From Acanthaster planci (Eukaryota), in assembly GCF_001949145.1 (NCBI RefSeq), contig NW_019091361.1:3187854-3251853 (forward strand): 64,000 nucleotides of DNA, read 5' to 3'. How positions within the stretch are numbered: the stretch's first letter is position 1; every line of letters begins with the position of its first letter. The notes beneath the pieces were generated by a model that worked only from the letters and a program-made list of their open reading frames with translations, did not search any database and was not told where the DNA came from. The position numbers were made by a program, and so were the translations under genes. Shown piece after piece: positions 50,102 through 62,100 of this stretch.

Positions 50102-50639
50102 CCGGTTCGTAAGTGACGTCGTCAAAAAGGACGCACCACGATTTTCAGGCTCCCATCGCTGAAGTTGCGCGTTAACTTCCGGTTCCAAGTCAACGGCGAT
50201 CATCCGGTTCGTACCCGTAAGTACAGTGACTTCGTCACAAAGGCGGACGTGCCACGATTTGCAGGCTTCCCATTGGACGATCGCTGAAGTTGCGCGTTAA
50301 CTTTCGGTTCCATGGTTCCATGGCCGTTTTCCAATACTCGAGTTGGGCTCCACTCTCAGGCTTCAACTTTTTTTTTTTTTACTTCCTGGCTTTGAGGTTG
50401 TGAGCGCAATAGTAAGTCTGATAGTGCCACAAAACATCAAGTAAGATGCAAAAGAGCCACACATTAGAGTACTTCAATTTAAGTTAAACGCTTCAGGCCC
50501 ACAATCGGGGATTAGTTTCCTTCACGAATCCTCCGACGGAGCGAAGTTGAGTAATTGGAAAACGGCCCATGTAAACGGCGATCAATGCACGTGCGGTGGG
50601 AGTGGTTTAAACTTAAGTGACGTCACACTTACGAACCGG
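50102..50639. mobile_element. MITE (CCGGTTCGTAAGTG TIRs) with a duplicated left part and a nested insertion
   Basis: CCGGTTCGTAAGTG ... CACTTACGAACCGG; the left ~100 bp is repeated from 50203. Confidence 0.75.
50322..50567. mobile_element. Nested PIF/Harbinger-like MITE, 246 bp, CAT TSD
   Basis: CAT|GGCCGTTTTCCAAT ... ATTGGAAAACGGCC|CAT; the empty site is seen in the paralogous copy near 35500. Confidence 0.85.
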
Positions 50640-51413
50640 GTAGCTGCCCCTCTTGAGGCACCAAATACGCGCCTTTAGAATTTAACAGTGCAAATTTAGA
50701 CCGAAATAGCGCTGCCTGTTGACTATCGTGAAGAGGTTGGCCTCCGTTTTTTCACTGGAAATTCAAGATTATGGCCAGAATATCACTTTTTGTTTCAATT
50801 TCACGGGGGTTAGCCATGAATTTTTTTTTTGTTCTCCTTCGAACGAAGGTACCCCCAAAATAGCAGTAAAACTAAGCGCTCAATTCTGAATGTAGCCGCC
50901 TGCCTCTATCCAAAATAGGTCCGCAAAGTGGGGCTTTTTGTGAAAGAAATACCCCAAACTGGAAACTATCAGTCCAAAATTTGGGATTTAAAGAAACATT
51001 TCTATGATACTTCCTGATTATGGCATGTCTTATTGCAAAAACCCCGTGGGATCACGAAATATTAATAAGCTCGCGCGCAGAAATACAACCATTTGGTGGA
51101 ATGCACCCTTGAAAGACAGTGGGCGCAGTTCTTCCGGGGTATAGACTGTACTATTTCCAGGGAAGGAAATTGTTTACAATTTATTGCTTACAGGATTAAA
51201 CGAAAATTATTTCAAATACTTTCAGAAAGTTTTAAGCTTACTTTTACGTGTTAAATGTGGTGAAGTACTGAAGTGAAGGAGAAATTGGCAATTAATTGTT
51301 CAGTTGGGGGTAACCGTAATGGAGATCAATAGGGGTAACATAAGTTCGTGGCTGACCGCCCCCTAGATTCGAAATAGAATGACCTGACAACAGGGTCGGC
51401 GCGTCATAGGATA

Positions 51414-51425
51414 CAAAATGGCAGC
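51414..51425 (+). promoter_or_regulatory. YY1-like motif, probable FAM221B promoter/TSS region
   Basis: CAAAATGGCAGC in a CpG-containing patch about 0.9 kb upstream of the FAM221B ATG; a splice acceptor lies just upstream of that ATG. Confidence 0.4.
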
Positions 51426-52359
51426 CCCCTCAACTGCATCTGGTGTTATCGCGTGATGTGAATCAAGAACAAGAACTAAGGTTTCTGCTAAAATCAGGTC
51501 TCATATTTGATCTATTCTAAGTTTACGTTTACTCTGAGAAAAGCCATTTTTACGTTTAATCTTTTTGGAGCCTGTAAAATTTCTTGGTCTAAGTTACTAA
51601 GTCAATTTTGAGTCACTCCGCGTGGAGGGCATGGCAGGCCATGCTGCAGGCCGTGTGCTGCTGCTACAGACTTCAGTAGGCCTGATATGGGCCTATTACA
51701 GTGTTAGGCTAACTGTTTTAGAGGATGAGCTGCTACAGAATTAGGCCTATCATTCCAGCTTAGTCCCAACAACTGAACAATCATCATGGGGCCGCACGGA
51801 CATCAGGGAGTTTCGCAATATGGCGGGTAGGCTAGCAACCGATGAAAACAACTGCAGTGAACATGCGCGGCATAAGTACTGATCAAACAAAATTGTGTAA
51901 TCTGACCCTCTGACTGGGTGGTGCCATGCGTACATTGCATGCCGTAGGCACTGTTTTAATCGGTTTATTTTGCGAGAGTTCCGGATGTCCGCGCTGCCCC
52001 ACATTGAGTTCCCACACAGGCTTAGGCCCTACCTCCCAAATCTGACCTGTGCTGCCCAAGGGCAAGGTCGTCTTTTTTGCTGTTGTCATCAGTATGTTTT
52101 GCTGGATGTTGGTAATTTCAGCACTTAATTTAGTTTCAATATTGCTCATGATGTTGGAAATTTGTTAAGTTCTGGATGTCATCGGCATGTTTCCAGCTCT
52201 GGGTCTGCCCGTCATCGGTCCAGCCCTTGGACCTTGTCACCCACAAGGAATATTCTTACTTTCGCTTAAGAAATAGCATAATAAGAAATTCAGCTCGGAT
52301 TAATAAAACTTACTTTTCTGAAACTTTACTCTTTTAGGATTTTTAATGAAAAAAACAAA

Positions 52360-55300
52360 ATGAATTCACCGAGACCAAAGTCCTCTAAGGTAAAATCCCC
52401 CCAAGCAGAGAACCAATCTCGTATGGGTGCAGGACGGCCAAAAACCTCAGGCGGTAGAGCCCAGACTGGATCCTCCAGACAGACTAAACAACCTTCAGCT
52501 GGAGCAACAGGGGGGTCTCGCTCCCAGCCTACCAGAACCCAGCCCCAGCCAGCTGCCCCAGGCACCAGGGCTCTGGTACCACGAGGCTCTCATGGCATAG
52601 CAGGTCCAATGGGAGTCTTCAATAATCCAGACAAGCGGATTGCAATGACCAAGCACAATGGCTTGCTCCATCCTGAAGGTAACATGATTAGGATACCCAG
52701 ACAGGTGCACGTCCTAATAGATTGGTGCTTGTTCTTACCTGCCTTTTATTCCCAGTACCATTGTGCAGTAAATACATTGTGTCTGGACCCCTCCCTCAGT
52801 TTTCAATGAACTGTCGTGAACTTGCTTCTCATTGCACTTTGCTTTAGTCAGAGGAAGATTCCACCAAGATCAAAATGTCAGGCTCTCAAAATTTGTTTTA
52901 ATTCTCACAGGAATCAGTCAAAATTTGCAGGGAAAAGTTACCTTGAGACAATTCTTTTTACCTGCATTTAGTGTTACAGACTTTCAGTTACATGATTTCA
53001 TTTTCTTATTAAAACGATTATGAAAAGAAGATCAGAAGCTAAAGTTGGGCACAACAGAGCTTGCAAGACGGGACTTCTTGTCCATTTTCAGGTTACACCA
53101 TGCGACCAGTTATCCCAGCTGAGAAGGCAGAGCTGGTGTCCGTCGCTCGTGCCATGAATCGAGAAGAATTTGGACCACGCCTTAAGAAACTGTTTGATCC
53201 TGAGACAGAGGCGGCCACTGAGGCAATACAAAGTGGTAAAATGCTGGTTTGAAGGCTTAGATTGTTAAGTTAAATTCAATAAGAGTTGACCTGTTGAGTA
53301 GTGTCTTTTCTAGATACTTGTTCAGTTTTGCTCATTGGATTGTCATTTGCCATTGTTGTGAGCATGTTTATGGAAACACAGTTGTTTATAATTTTGTCTA
53401 TTTTGTTCAGGGGTGTATATCGGTTGGCGCTGCCCAGAATTTACCTGGGATTGCATTCGTGTTGGGAGAGAGTCAAGATGCTTCTGTGGACACATACTAA
53501 GTGAACATGCACCCTATAATGGTGAGTTCTCGATTATTGATAAAAACTCCCTTCGTTTCCGTTTGGTTCGCAATTATATCCGTGGTTTAACAAGTTCCAT
53601 AAAAGAAGACTGTGTTCCATATGAAAGGGGAAAGAAGACCTAGTGGTTTGGATGTGTGACTCATGACCAGAGGGTCACTAGTTCCAATCCACTTGCTGGC
53701 AATAGATTGTGACCTTGATCAAGTCACTTCACCCCTGCTTGCCTCTCTTCACCCAGGAGTGTAAATGGGTAACCGGGCATTAGCTGGTGAGCCATCTGCA
53801 ATGGACTGGCATCCCTCATCCGGGAGAGATAGGAATATTCTTGGATGTTTCTTGCCAAGGAAATCTTGGATGAGTGCTGGCCCGATGAGCCATAGTGGAC
53901 AGATTTCCTTGTGTTCCAAACTGAAGGACTTGAAAAAGTGATTGCACAAATCAGTTTTGAGGATCAGATTTGTTGGATTTGAAGGGGGTGTGGGAGGGAT
54001 TCTTCATTTGAACAAATCAACGTAAAATGTTGAGAGCTTTTAAAATGTGAATTGTTTTAGGGGATAGATCAGTGAAGTTACCATATGTGATTGCGGTCGA
54101 AAGAACTCAGCACGTTTATATCAAATATTTTTCCCTCCTCCAGGTCGAAGTGTCTGCGTACCTTGCCGACATTGCCCCTGCAAGGCATTCGCCTTTATCC
54201 CCGGCAGACCGGAGGACATCGGGGAGTTTTGGTTCCAACGTCGGAGGGACTTTGATCCAACAACGTGGCGGGCCAAATGCCGCTGCAAACACACCCACGA
54301 AGAACACGACTGTACTGGGATCAGGAGATGTAGAATGAGAAGTACATTCTTTTTCAGTGCATTGAGATGTAAATGTCATTTTGTTCGAAAGTGGCTTGTG
54401 GGATCCTTTGACTCTTTCTTCAGCTTGTTATTTGAGAGGTGAAGGAGTTGCTGTTTTTAGGCCAAGGTTTTAGGCCTCCTTTTCTTAATCCTCATTCAAG
54501 TTTACTTCATTTTGCAACATATTTTGACATTTTGTTTTTCACAAAGTATATAGCCGAAAATGTAAGATCAAGATTCGTTAGACAAGATGGCAGAACATGT
54601 CAGCAAAAGAGTTACAAAAGTCTGTGTGGCATCTTGGAAAATATACCATCTCATTAAAAGGCCGCTTCCTCTCCCGTTTATGAAACCCAGACTAGAACTT
54701 TGTTTGTCCTACTTTGCTAGAAAATGTACAGATAATGTGGAGGAGTGTGGCCACTTTTGAGGGCTTTTGCTAGAGATGACTGCAACCACACCTCTGCGGC
54801 CATGCCTGGGGATTGAAACCGCTGAACTTCCATAAACTGTGACAACTTATTTCTACTTTCTCTTAGGTTGTGGATGTAGTGGATTCAATTCTAACTTCCT
54901 CTGCGCGGCATGTGACAGACACTGGGAACAACATGTGACGGTATTCGAAACGGAAGCTGACCGACATCAGAAAAAAATCCCATATGGCAAGTTCACGTAC
55001 TGAGTCTTTTGGCAGTTGCCTTGGTGACTTGAAACACGGAATGTACTCTCATGTTAGACCAAAACATTATTATTGGTTGGGTGGAGTTTAATATATTACG
55101 TTGTTGGAGACTGCCAAAGCTTTTAGAACCTGATATGTTGAAAAAAAGGTCAGAGCATGGGAAAGATAAAATTCAAAGTATGGCTCTGAATAAGTCTTAC
55201 ATTATAATGAATGACTATGACAAACATTGTGTGATCTTCATAAGAGTGTTTCGTTAAATTTCATTTGAATTATTGGACTCAAGAATTGCCCTTTCAACCC

Positions 55301-55871
55301 ACTTATCTACCCCAAATACTCTGTACTATCATTACCTAGTGCATTATGTCACTATTTCTGTTACAGCTCAATGAATTTCTTGTTTAACCTAGCTTTCCCA
55401 TGTTATTGGGGTTTAAGGAGGTTTTTTGGGGGAAGGAGTTGATGGATCATACACCCACCCGATATGCTGTGTGACCTGCAGTTACCCATATAAAATCAAA
55501 AGAGTACAAAAAAGACAGAGCACCAGTCATTTTGATCCCAGCTGAATCTGTTTTGAAGGTAGAAAAGATAAAAATAGACAAAGTCAGGAATTTGAATTCA
55601 TGTATACTTCAGTCGTCCTTCAAATGTTTGCCTCACTTTCTGTTTCATAAGGGTCCCTTACTCTGTCGTTTCCATAGGCGAGGACTACCTGCCTTTTGCC
55701 GAGATGCCCAACCTACGCAATATGGCCCTGACAGGAGTAGACAGTGACCCGGGCATCTACAGAGACCTCGTCGAGGGTCAGGGTAACATCCCCAAGGGCC
55801 GGCCAGCCATTGGGCAAGACACCCCGGTCAAACCGCCCGCAAAGAGCGGATTCAACCCCGTCTGGGACTGA
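52360..55871 (+). CDS. FAM221B: FAM221B-like Cys/His-rich protein, 361 aa; exons 52360-52678, 53092-53235, 53411-53521, 54144-54341, 54867-54986, 55678-55871
   Basis: Peptides YIGWRCPEFTWDCIRVGRESRCFCGH, FIPGRPEDIGEFW, WRAKCRCKHTHEEH and SNFLCAACDRHWEQH match FAM221B. Phases are consistent (1086 nt) if intron 5 uses a GC donor. Confidence 0.92.
53636..53900 (+). mobile_element. tRNA-derived SINE with CORE-like and Nin/Deu-like conserved domains, in FAM221B intron 3
   Basis: Degenerate A box (CCTAGTGGTT) and B box (GTTCCAATCC), then CORE-like GTGACCTTGATCAAGTCACTTCACCC...CACCCAGGAGTGTAAATGGGTA, then CTGCAATGGACTGGCATCCC...GGCCCGATGAGCCA. Confidence 0.7.
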
Positions 55872-56402
55872 TAGGGCTCAGTCACCCTGCTGTACATGAT
55901 TGACCAGGCATACTTTGAATACCACGGAGGAATCAGTGTCTCAACACACCCATTTATTAAGCCACTGCCAAAGTAGCTGACTGTGGCTTACAAGTCCATA
56001 GGATGTAGCTACATCAATGCTGGCTGGTAGCTTCCATTAGGAGCGTGTGATAGTCATTTCTTTCTTGGCAAGTACTTGGCCTCGCTCAGATGTAGAGTTG
56101 GAGATTGCCCAGCATAGATCGTTTGTTTCGACATCCAGTGACCTTTCACTTTGACATTCCCCGATGGCCCCTTTTTATGTTGGAAAGCTCTGTGTTGGAT
56201 TTTGCATGAAGTGACTGCTATGGAACAGAGGCTCCACACATTATTATAATTATCACAGTGCTTACCACCATTGGTGGGGGCCATTTTAAATGACCAGTGA
56301 TAATGTTAACGCAGTCAGAAGATTCGCTTGTATCATTTTGTTGTGGATGCATACTTGAGAATGATAGAACCATCAGTTCTATGTGGAATTTGCATGTTGT
56401 AG

Positions 56403-56637
56403 CAGTGTTGTGGTGGGAGTCCATCACAAGTCCCCGTAAGTCCCTCACAAGTCCATCACAACTCCCCGTATGTCCCTCACAAGTCCATCACAAGTCAATC
56501 AGTCAGAAGCCAATTCATAAGCTATTCAAATGAGCTGTGACAAAAGTATTCTTTTGTCATTGTTCACCCTGTTACGTATGACTAACCCTGTGAGAGGACT
56601 CGTGACTGGACTTGGGATGGACTCAAATACAACACTG
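56403..56637. mobile_element. hAT-like MITE with internal ~11-bp subterminal repeats, downstream of the FAM221B stop
   Basis: CAGTGTTG ... CAACACTG termini; 8-bp flanks TGTTGTAG / TGTTGTGT (6/8); GTCCATCACAA-type repeats are inverted at the other end. Confidence 0.7.
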
Positions 56638-57299
56638 TGTTGTGTCGCAACTGATGCAGTTTCAGCGAAGCTTTGGGTTACCTTGCCACTAAACCACACT
56701 TTACAGAAAGACCTGAGATTGTCACCTGAAGCATGGATGTCTGCGCTTAATTAAGATATTGTCACCTAAAACTGTGAGGTTTTCTAAGGAAGTGTGAAAT
56801 GTACTTTTGAAAAAAGCTTGAAGTGTTATTGGGTACTTTTTGATAAATCTGAATATTCTACCTAAATAATATTAAAAAGTTAGTTTATTTTTGCATGTTC
56901 ATTGTGAATGATTCTTGTGTCATTTTTGTGCATGGTCTGTGAGACCGTTGATTGAATCTGAATATTTTATTAAATAAAAGTTAGTGTATTTTATCGTTGC
57001 TTGTTCATATTTGTGTTAGTTTGCTATTGTGATGGGGGAGGGTTATCAGGTGAAATGTTTGTTTTGAGACAGGTCAGTGAAATGATTTCTTAGAATTGTG
57101 GTACATTGGAAGTTAATTCTGGAAATTGAAACCAGAACTGTTAGGCTAACTTTCATGTGCTCTTTACGATAGGCCACCTCCATACAAGTGCCCCACCCCT
57201 TTGAGCCGCGTGCTAGTGAATTGCCTTTTTGCCCGCTTTGCAACAAATTAAATGCGCGTTCTGTCGCCACAATTATCTGCAGCTTTGGCGTTCCATAAT

Positions 57300-57459
57300 T
57301 ACCGAGCGCCGCCTATGTACAAAATGGACAACTAGCATATGCACGACTAGTCAAATAAAATGGCCGACGTCTTTGCAAACCGCGTAGGCCAAAATGCATA
57401 GGCCAACATGCATATGGATTTTGTCCTGTCACATTCGCGCAAGAAATAAGCCGGTAAGT
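57300..57459 (+). promoter_or_regulatory. Probable HERC1 promoter and non-coding first exon
   Basis: CpG-rich patch with AAAATGGCCGAC (YY1-like) and a strong donor CCG|GTAAGT at 57453/57454; the matching acceptor ends at 59093, just upstream of the ATG. Confidence 0.5.
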
Positions 57460-59112
57460 AAACCTTTTCAAAAATCGTTAGTCTGGTGTGATTGTGGCAT
57501 GCTACAGACCCCTATCTAGGACTAGTAGGAGCCTCATGACGGGTGTTGCCGGCCCATGATGATATGCAGCAATTGCATGAAGCCCACACAAAAATCAATG
57601 TTATTGTCAGCTGGGGAGGAGGTGTTTGGTTTAAGGCCATGGAGGATGTGTTCTTATTCCTCTATGGTTCGGCCTACCCTTGACCACCATGGAAGAGTTC
57701 CATATGTGGACGCCCGTAATTATTTCCTACAGTGGCCTTTGTTTTGTATTAGCCATCAGAAAGCAAAAACATGTCCAGAAAAGTTCAATTTTAACAAAAT
57801 GTTTAATAGAGGTAAGAATTTTTCAGACCACTCTTGCTTGTACAGACCCCAAGCAGATCACAATTAATGGTACGGTGTTAATGGTTATGGTGAAGCTGTC
57901 TTCGTATGTGGAACTCTGCTCCTCCGAGATTCTCTTGGAGTGGGATAGTGTGTTCCCCTCTATTTTAAATCTTGGTTACATGGTCATAGACAGCGTGACC
58001 ATCATGACCATCATGATCAGTTTTGACCATGATGACGCCCATGTGGGCCTGTACTGTGTACGTGTATGGGATAACGGGAATGGTGATCGTTCAGAAATTT
58101 TGGAGAAAAAGTGATGGCAGTTTTGAAAATTGCCACCGGCCTAATTGGGAAAAATGCAGGGAATGTGTTTCATGTCGTGCTACCACCTGTCTTCCTTAAT
58201 ATGACTTAAACACTACCAAAACTTGTAAAGTTGACAAAGAAACACTAATTAAGGCGAGGAAAATCTCAAGTTTTCTTACAAAGTTACTTCCAGAACTGGA
58301 AATACACGTAGGCCTGTTAGAAAATATTGCTGATGTAGGGCCTGTTTGTTTCACACGTCTGGATCTTGATCAGTGAGTCTAATGCTGGTTCACACCATCC
58401 ACGATGCGGGTTTTGGTGTCTGTAAACCAACGAGATCGCTGATCGTGAACAAGATCTGTGTGAACAAACTCGGCCGTTGGCTACCCTAATGTGGCGCAGT
58501 CTCTAATGTGCCGTACATTGATTTTTCACCACTCGTTCCTTGCTAGAGCAACATTTTTACTTCAAATTTCATAAAAATAGAAATTTCATTAAGCTGTCAA
58601 CATTCTTGTCCCTTCTCTAGAGTTAACATACTTGTACTTGCTACAAATTTCTCATGCCACTCATCATTTCTTATGTCGCCCAAGTTTCCAATCTTGTTTT
58701 GTTTTGTTTTTAATTTTTTTTGATCTGTTCAAGTGCTGCATGTTTGGGAGCATTCTGCTGAAATGATGCTACCATTTGTGAATTCCGGGCAAAATTTCAT
58801 GACAGACACTGAAATTGTTCACAAAATTTCAATAGCATGTGTTAATAGAAAATAGTGCCAGCATTTAATTAAATACATTTGAAGTTTCTCAACAAAGAGG
58901 TATGGCTATGCTGCATGAGGAAAGTCAATGGAAACGTTATAGTGGGCCACATTAGGGAACTCTACTTTTTTAGTCTAAGTAACTAGGTCCAGTAAACATG
59001 CTCTCATGCTTACTCTGCACCCTGCACATTGCAATCATAGAAATGATGTCATCACTACTACAAACTAAACTTGTATAAGCCATTTTGTTACAGCTGTAAC
59101 ACCAAAAAAAGC

Positions 59113-62100
59113 ATGATGCCCTTAAACATGCCCATGAAGTTGAAGTGGTTGGAGCATCTAAACGCAACATGGGTGACGGAAGACTGGGGCCAGGTAGCAA
59201 ACAGAGATGGCGCTTTGGAGTTGTACGACCGCCTGGTCACCAATAAAGAGGTGATTAGCACCCCCCGGCAGGCATTGCACCTCCAGGGACCCCAACTGCC
59301 GGACTACGAGCGTGAGCCACCATCAGGCGAAGAGCAGGAACACTTCCTGGAGGCCCTGCTGGCCAACCAGCTCAGCCTGGCCCGGGCTGTCTGCTCCGAG
59401 TCTCCCTTCGCCTCGGCGCTTCAGAAGCGGCTGGCCGTCCTGCGTCGCCTCTTCCACGCCATCTCCAGCAAGTTCCATGACAAGGAGAAGGTCAAGCAGC
59501 AGCTGCGGTTGCAGCAGGCCCACGCCGGCGCCGCCGACCCCAAGGCCGCCCTGAAGCAGGTGGCCTTCGGCACGGACGCACTGGTGGAGATGGGGGTGCG
59601 GACGGGGCTCAGCTTGCTCTTTGCCCTCCTCCGCCAGAGCTGGTCACAGGCTCCGCCCACCGGGAACCCCAGCATCTGCAATGACGTCCTGCAGACAGCC
59701 ATGGATGTGCTCAACTCACTGCCTCCGCTGTCTCTGGCTAACGAGAGCAAGATCCCTTCCCTGGGCACAGAGTGCCTCAAGCAGGTCACGACATTCCTTA
59801 AATCTGCGACGATGCCAAATTCCGGAGCAGACCCTTACGGCAAGCAGTTATCCTGCCAGCTTGTGATTGGCCTAGCAGCTCAGCGTGGGTCATTGCAGCA
59901 TCTCTTGGACTGGGTCGAGATGGCCCTGGGGTCTTCTGCGGCAGTGAGCGGTGGTACATGTACCTCCCAAGTGGGTGTGGCTGAACGGAATGACAAGCCC
60001 AAGTATGGAGTCATCTCCTTCGAATTTTTCACCAACGTGCTGGGTCAAATGCGCAGAGCTACAGTAAGTTGACATTTGTACATTATAAAATGATCCAAGT
60101 GTACAATGCAGCCATAACCCACAAGATGCAGTGGTAATGTCACAAAATCTTGTTAGGTTGAGCATGTTAGGGGTCAGGTTGGAGTAGTGTTTCCTCTCCT
60201 TTGACCTCTCTGAGTTCAATTCCTGGCCCAGGCACACATACTTTGATTTTTGGTGGCCATCTGATTCAGTGGCTTTTATCCAGAATATTATTCTGGGTTT
60301 TCGCCCCACCTCTAAAACTGTAACTGCTTCTCATTGTCTCCTCTTTCTTCAGGTTTATGAGTTACAGTATCAAGGCTTTAGAGGAATCTTTGGTCTCACA
60401 ACCAGACATGAATAAAAAAAAAAGGGTTGGGGCAATTTGTTCGTATTCCTCTATTGATGCTGATGGAAGAATGAAAAAATGATAAAATGGCTGGGAAATT
60501 TAAGCATAACATTTAAACCTAATAAAGAGCAACATTTATCAGCACTGTCAATGTTTTATGCTTCTGCTGGGAAAAGTCTTCAGTGTCCATGTCAGAATAA
60601 CTTAAAACAATTATGGTCACAGCCAAATTATGTTCAGAGACAGGAAGGCTTTTGATCCTCAACCTCAAGTTCTGTCTGTCGGTTTTTCTGACTTCTTTCA
60701 GCCTGTTTGATCAAACAAGCGTTGTTGATGCTCTTGTTGCAGGGGTCATCAGCGGACAGAGGCTCTGTCCTGTCAGAGTTGAAACAAGAAGACGGCCATT
60801 GTCCACTCTATCAGGCAGCATTGTGTCTCATCGAGGAGGTAATATTTTTCAGAACATAAGAGTTCTTACCTCGTGCAAAAATGTGAAAAATGTTTTCTCT
60901 CTTGTATTTTCATTTCTGACAAAAGGGATTGTATTTCACACTGGGAAAAGTTGAGCTGTAGAGTGGTTCTAGTCGTCCAACAATATGTTGGCAAAATGGG
61001 TATCTGGATACCTTTTGGCTGCACTGTAAGCCATTTTGGACACGTTGTGTTACACAAATGCATGTTAAAGCATTACACCTTTAAGTTACCATAGCAGCTT
61101 GGATATCCTGTTTTTCACAACGATTTTGCTAAAGTCCTTTTGTCTAATCTCTAGCTTGATATAAAATTGACATGAAATATTGAAACTACCGGCATTGAGA
61201 GAGCTCTTCGACCTTACGAGCAGGGCTTAAAGTATTATTTCAGTTCATGTATAATATTCTGTGGCTATTTTGCTGTAGAAATCAAATGCTTTTTGATCAA
61301 ATTTAATCTCTTACACTGACTTTGGCTATTTGTCAACATTTATAAGGTTTTATATATATAAGGCCTAAACTGGTTAGAGGTTACTTAGAGAACCTCTGAT
61401 CTTGATGTGCAAAGAACACAGGTGCTGGCAGATTCAGTAGTTAATTTTAGAGACCAACATAAGGTTCACTAGTGCCGGTGAGGAAGTTTAGTTTTACCGT
61501 ACGCAGAAGCTCTCTGCTAAGTGAGACATGAAAGAGTGGATTTAATGTCAGCCAGTCCTTAGACACATATATATTTGGGATGTGTGGTGATAAAACAGGT
61601 GTCTCGTCTGGCCATGGAGTACGCTCGCACCTGTGTCTGCCCCAACGAGAGAAAGCACAACAACCTGAGCGTGTCGGAGAACAGTGAGGTGTACGTATGG
61701 GGAAGTAACAGCAGCCACCAGTTGGCTGAGGGGAGTCAAGAAAAGATCTTGCAGCCCAAGATAGCCGGTCTGTTTGCACAGAGCCAGCAGGTAATGGAGG
61801 CTATGTTGTTAAATGTCTGAGCCGGGTGTTAAATCGAAGATCTCACAACCTCCTTAGAATGTGTGAAAAGTCATATTAAATGTGGAAGAATGAGAACCGT
61901 TTTGAAGTGATACAGAGTACCAAAGTGTGGCGACTTTTTGAACCAGGAATTGTAGTGCAAACGAATGGAGTACGCACGCGTGTTGGTTCATGCGCTGGTT
62001 CTCACGCTAATGCCTTTTGCACATAAAATTGTACGTGTAATGTATTCACTTCGGTACTCAATGAGCAAACTGATACCGTATTTCCAGAACCAATGAAATG

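Noticed and set aside
53636..53700. tRNA gene
   Set aside because: Degenerate A and B boxes with no intact cloverleaf; it continues directly into a SINE body.
60130..60320. V-domain-like SINE in HERC1 intron 1
   Set aside because: Only weak, degenerate similarity; too uncertain to call without a profile search.
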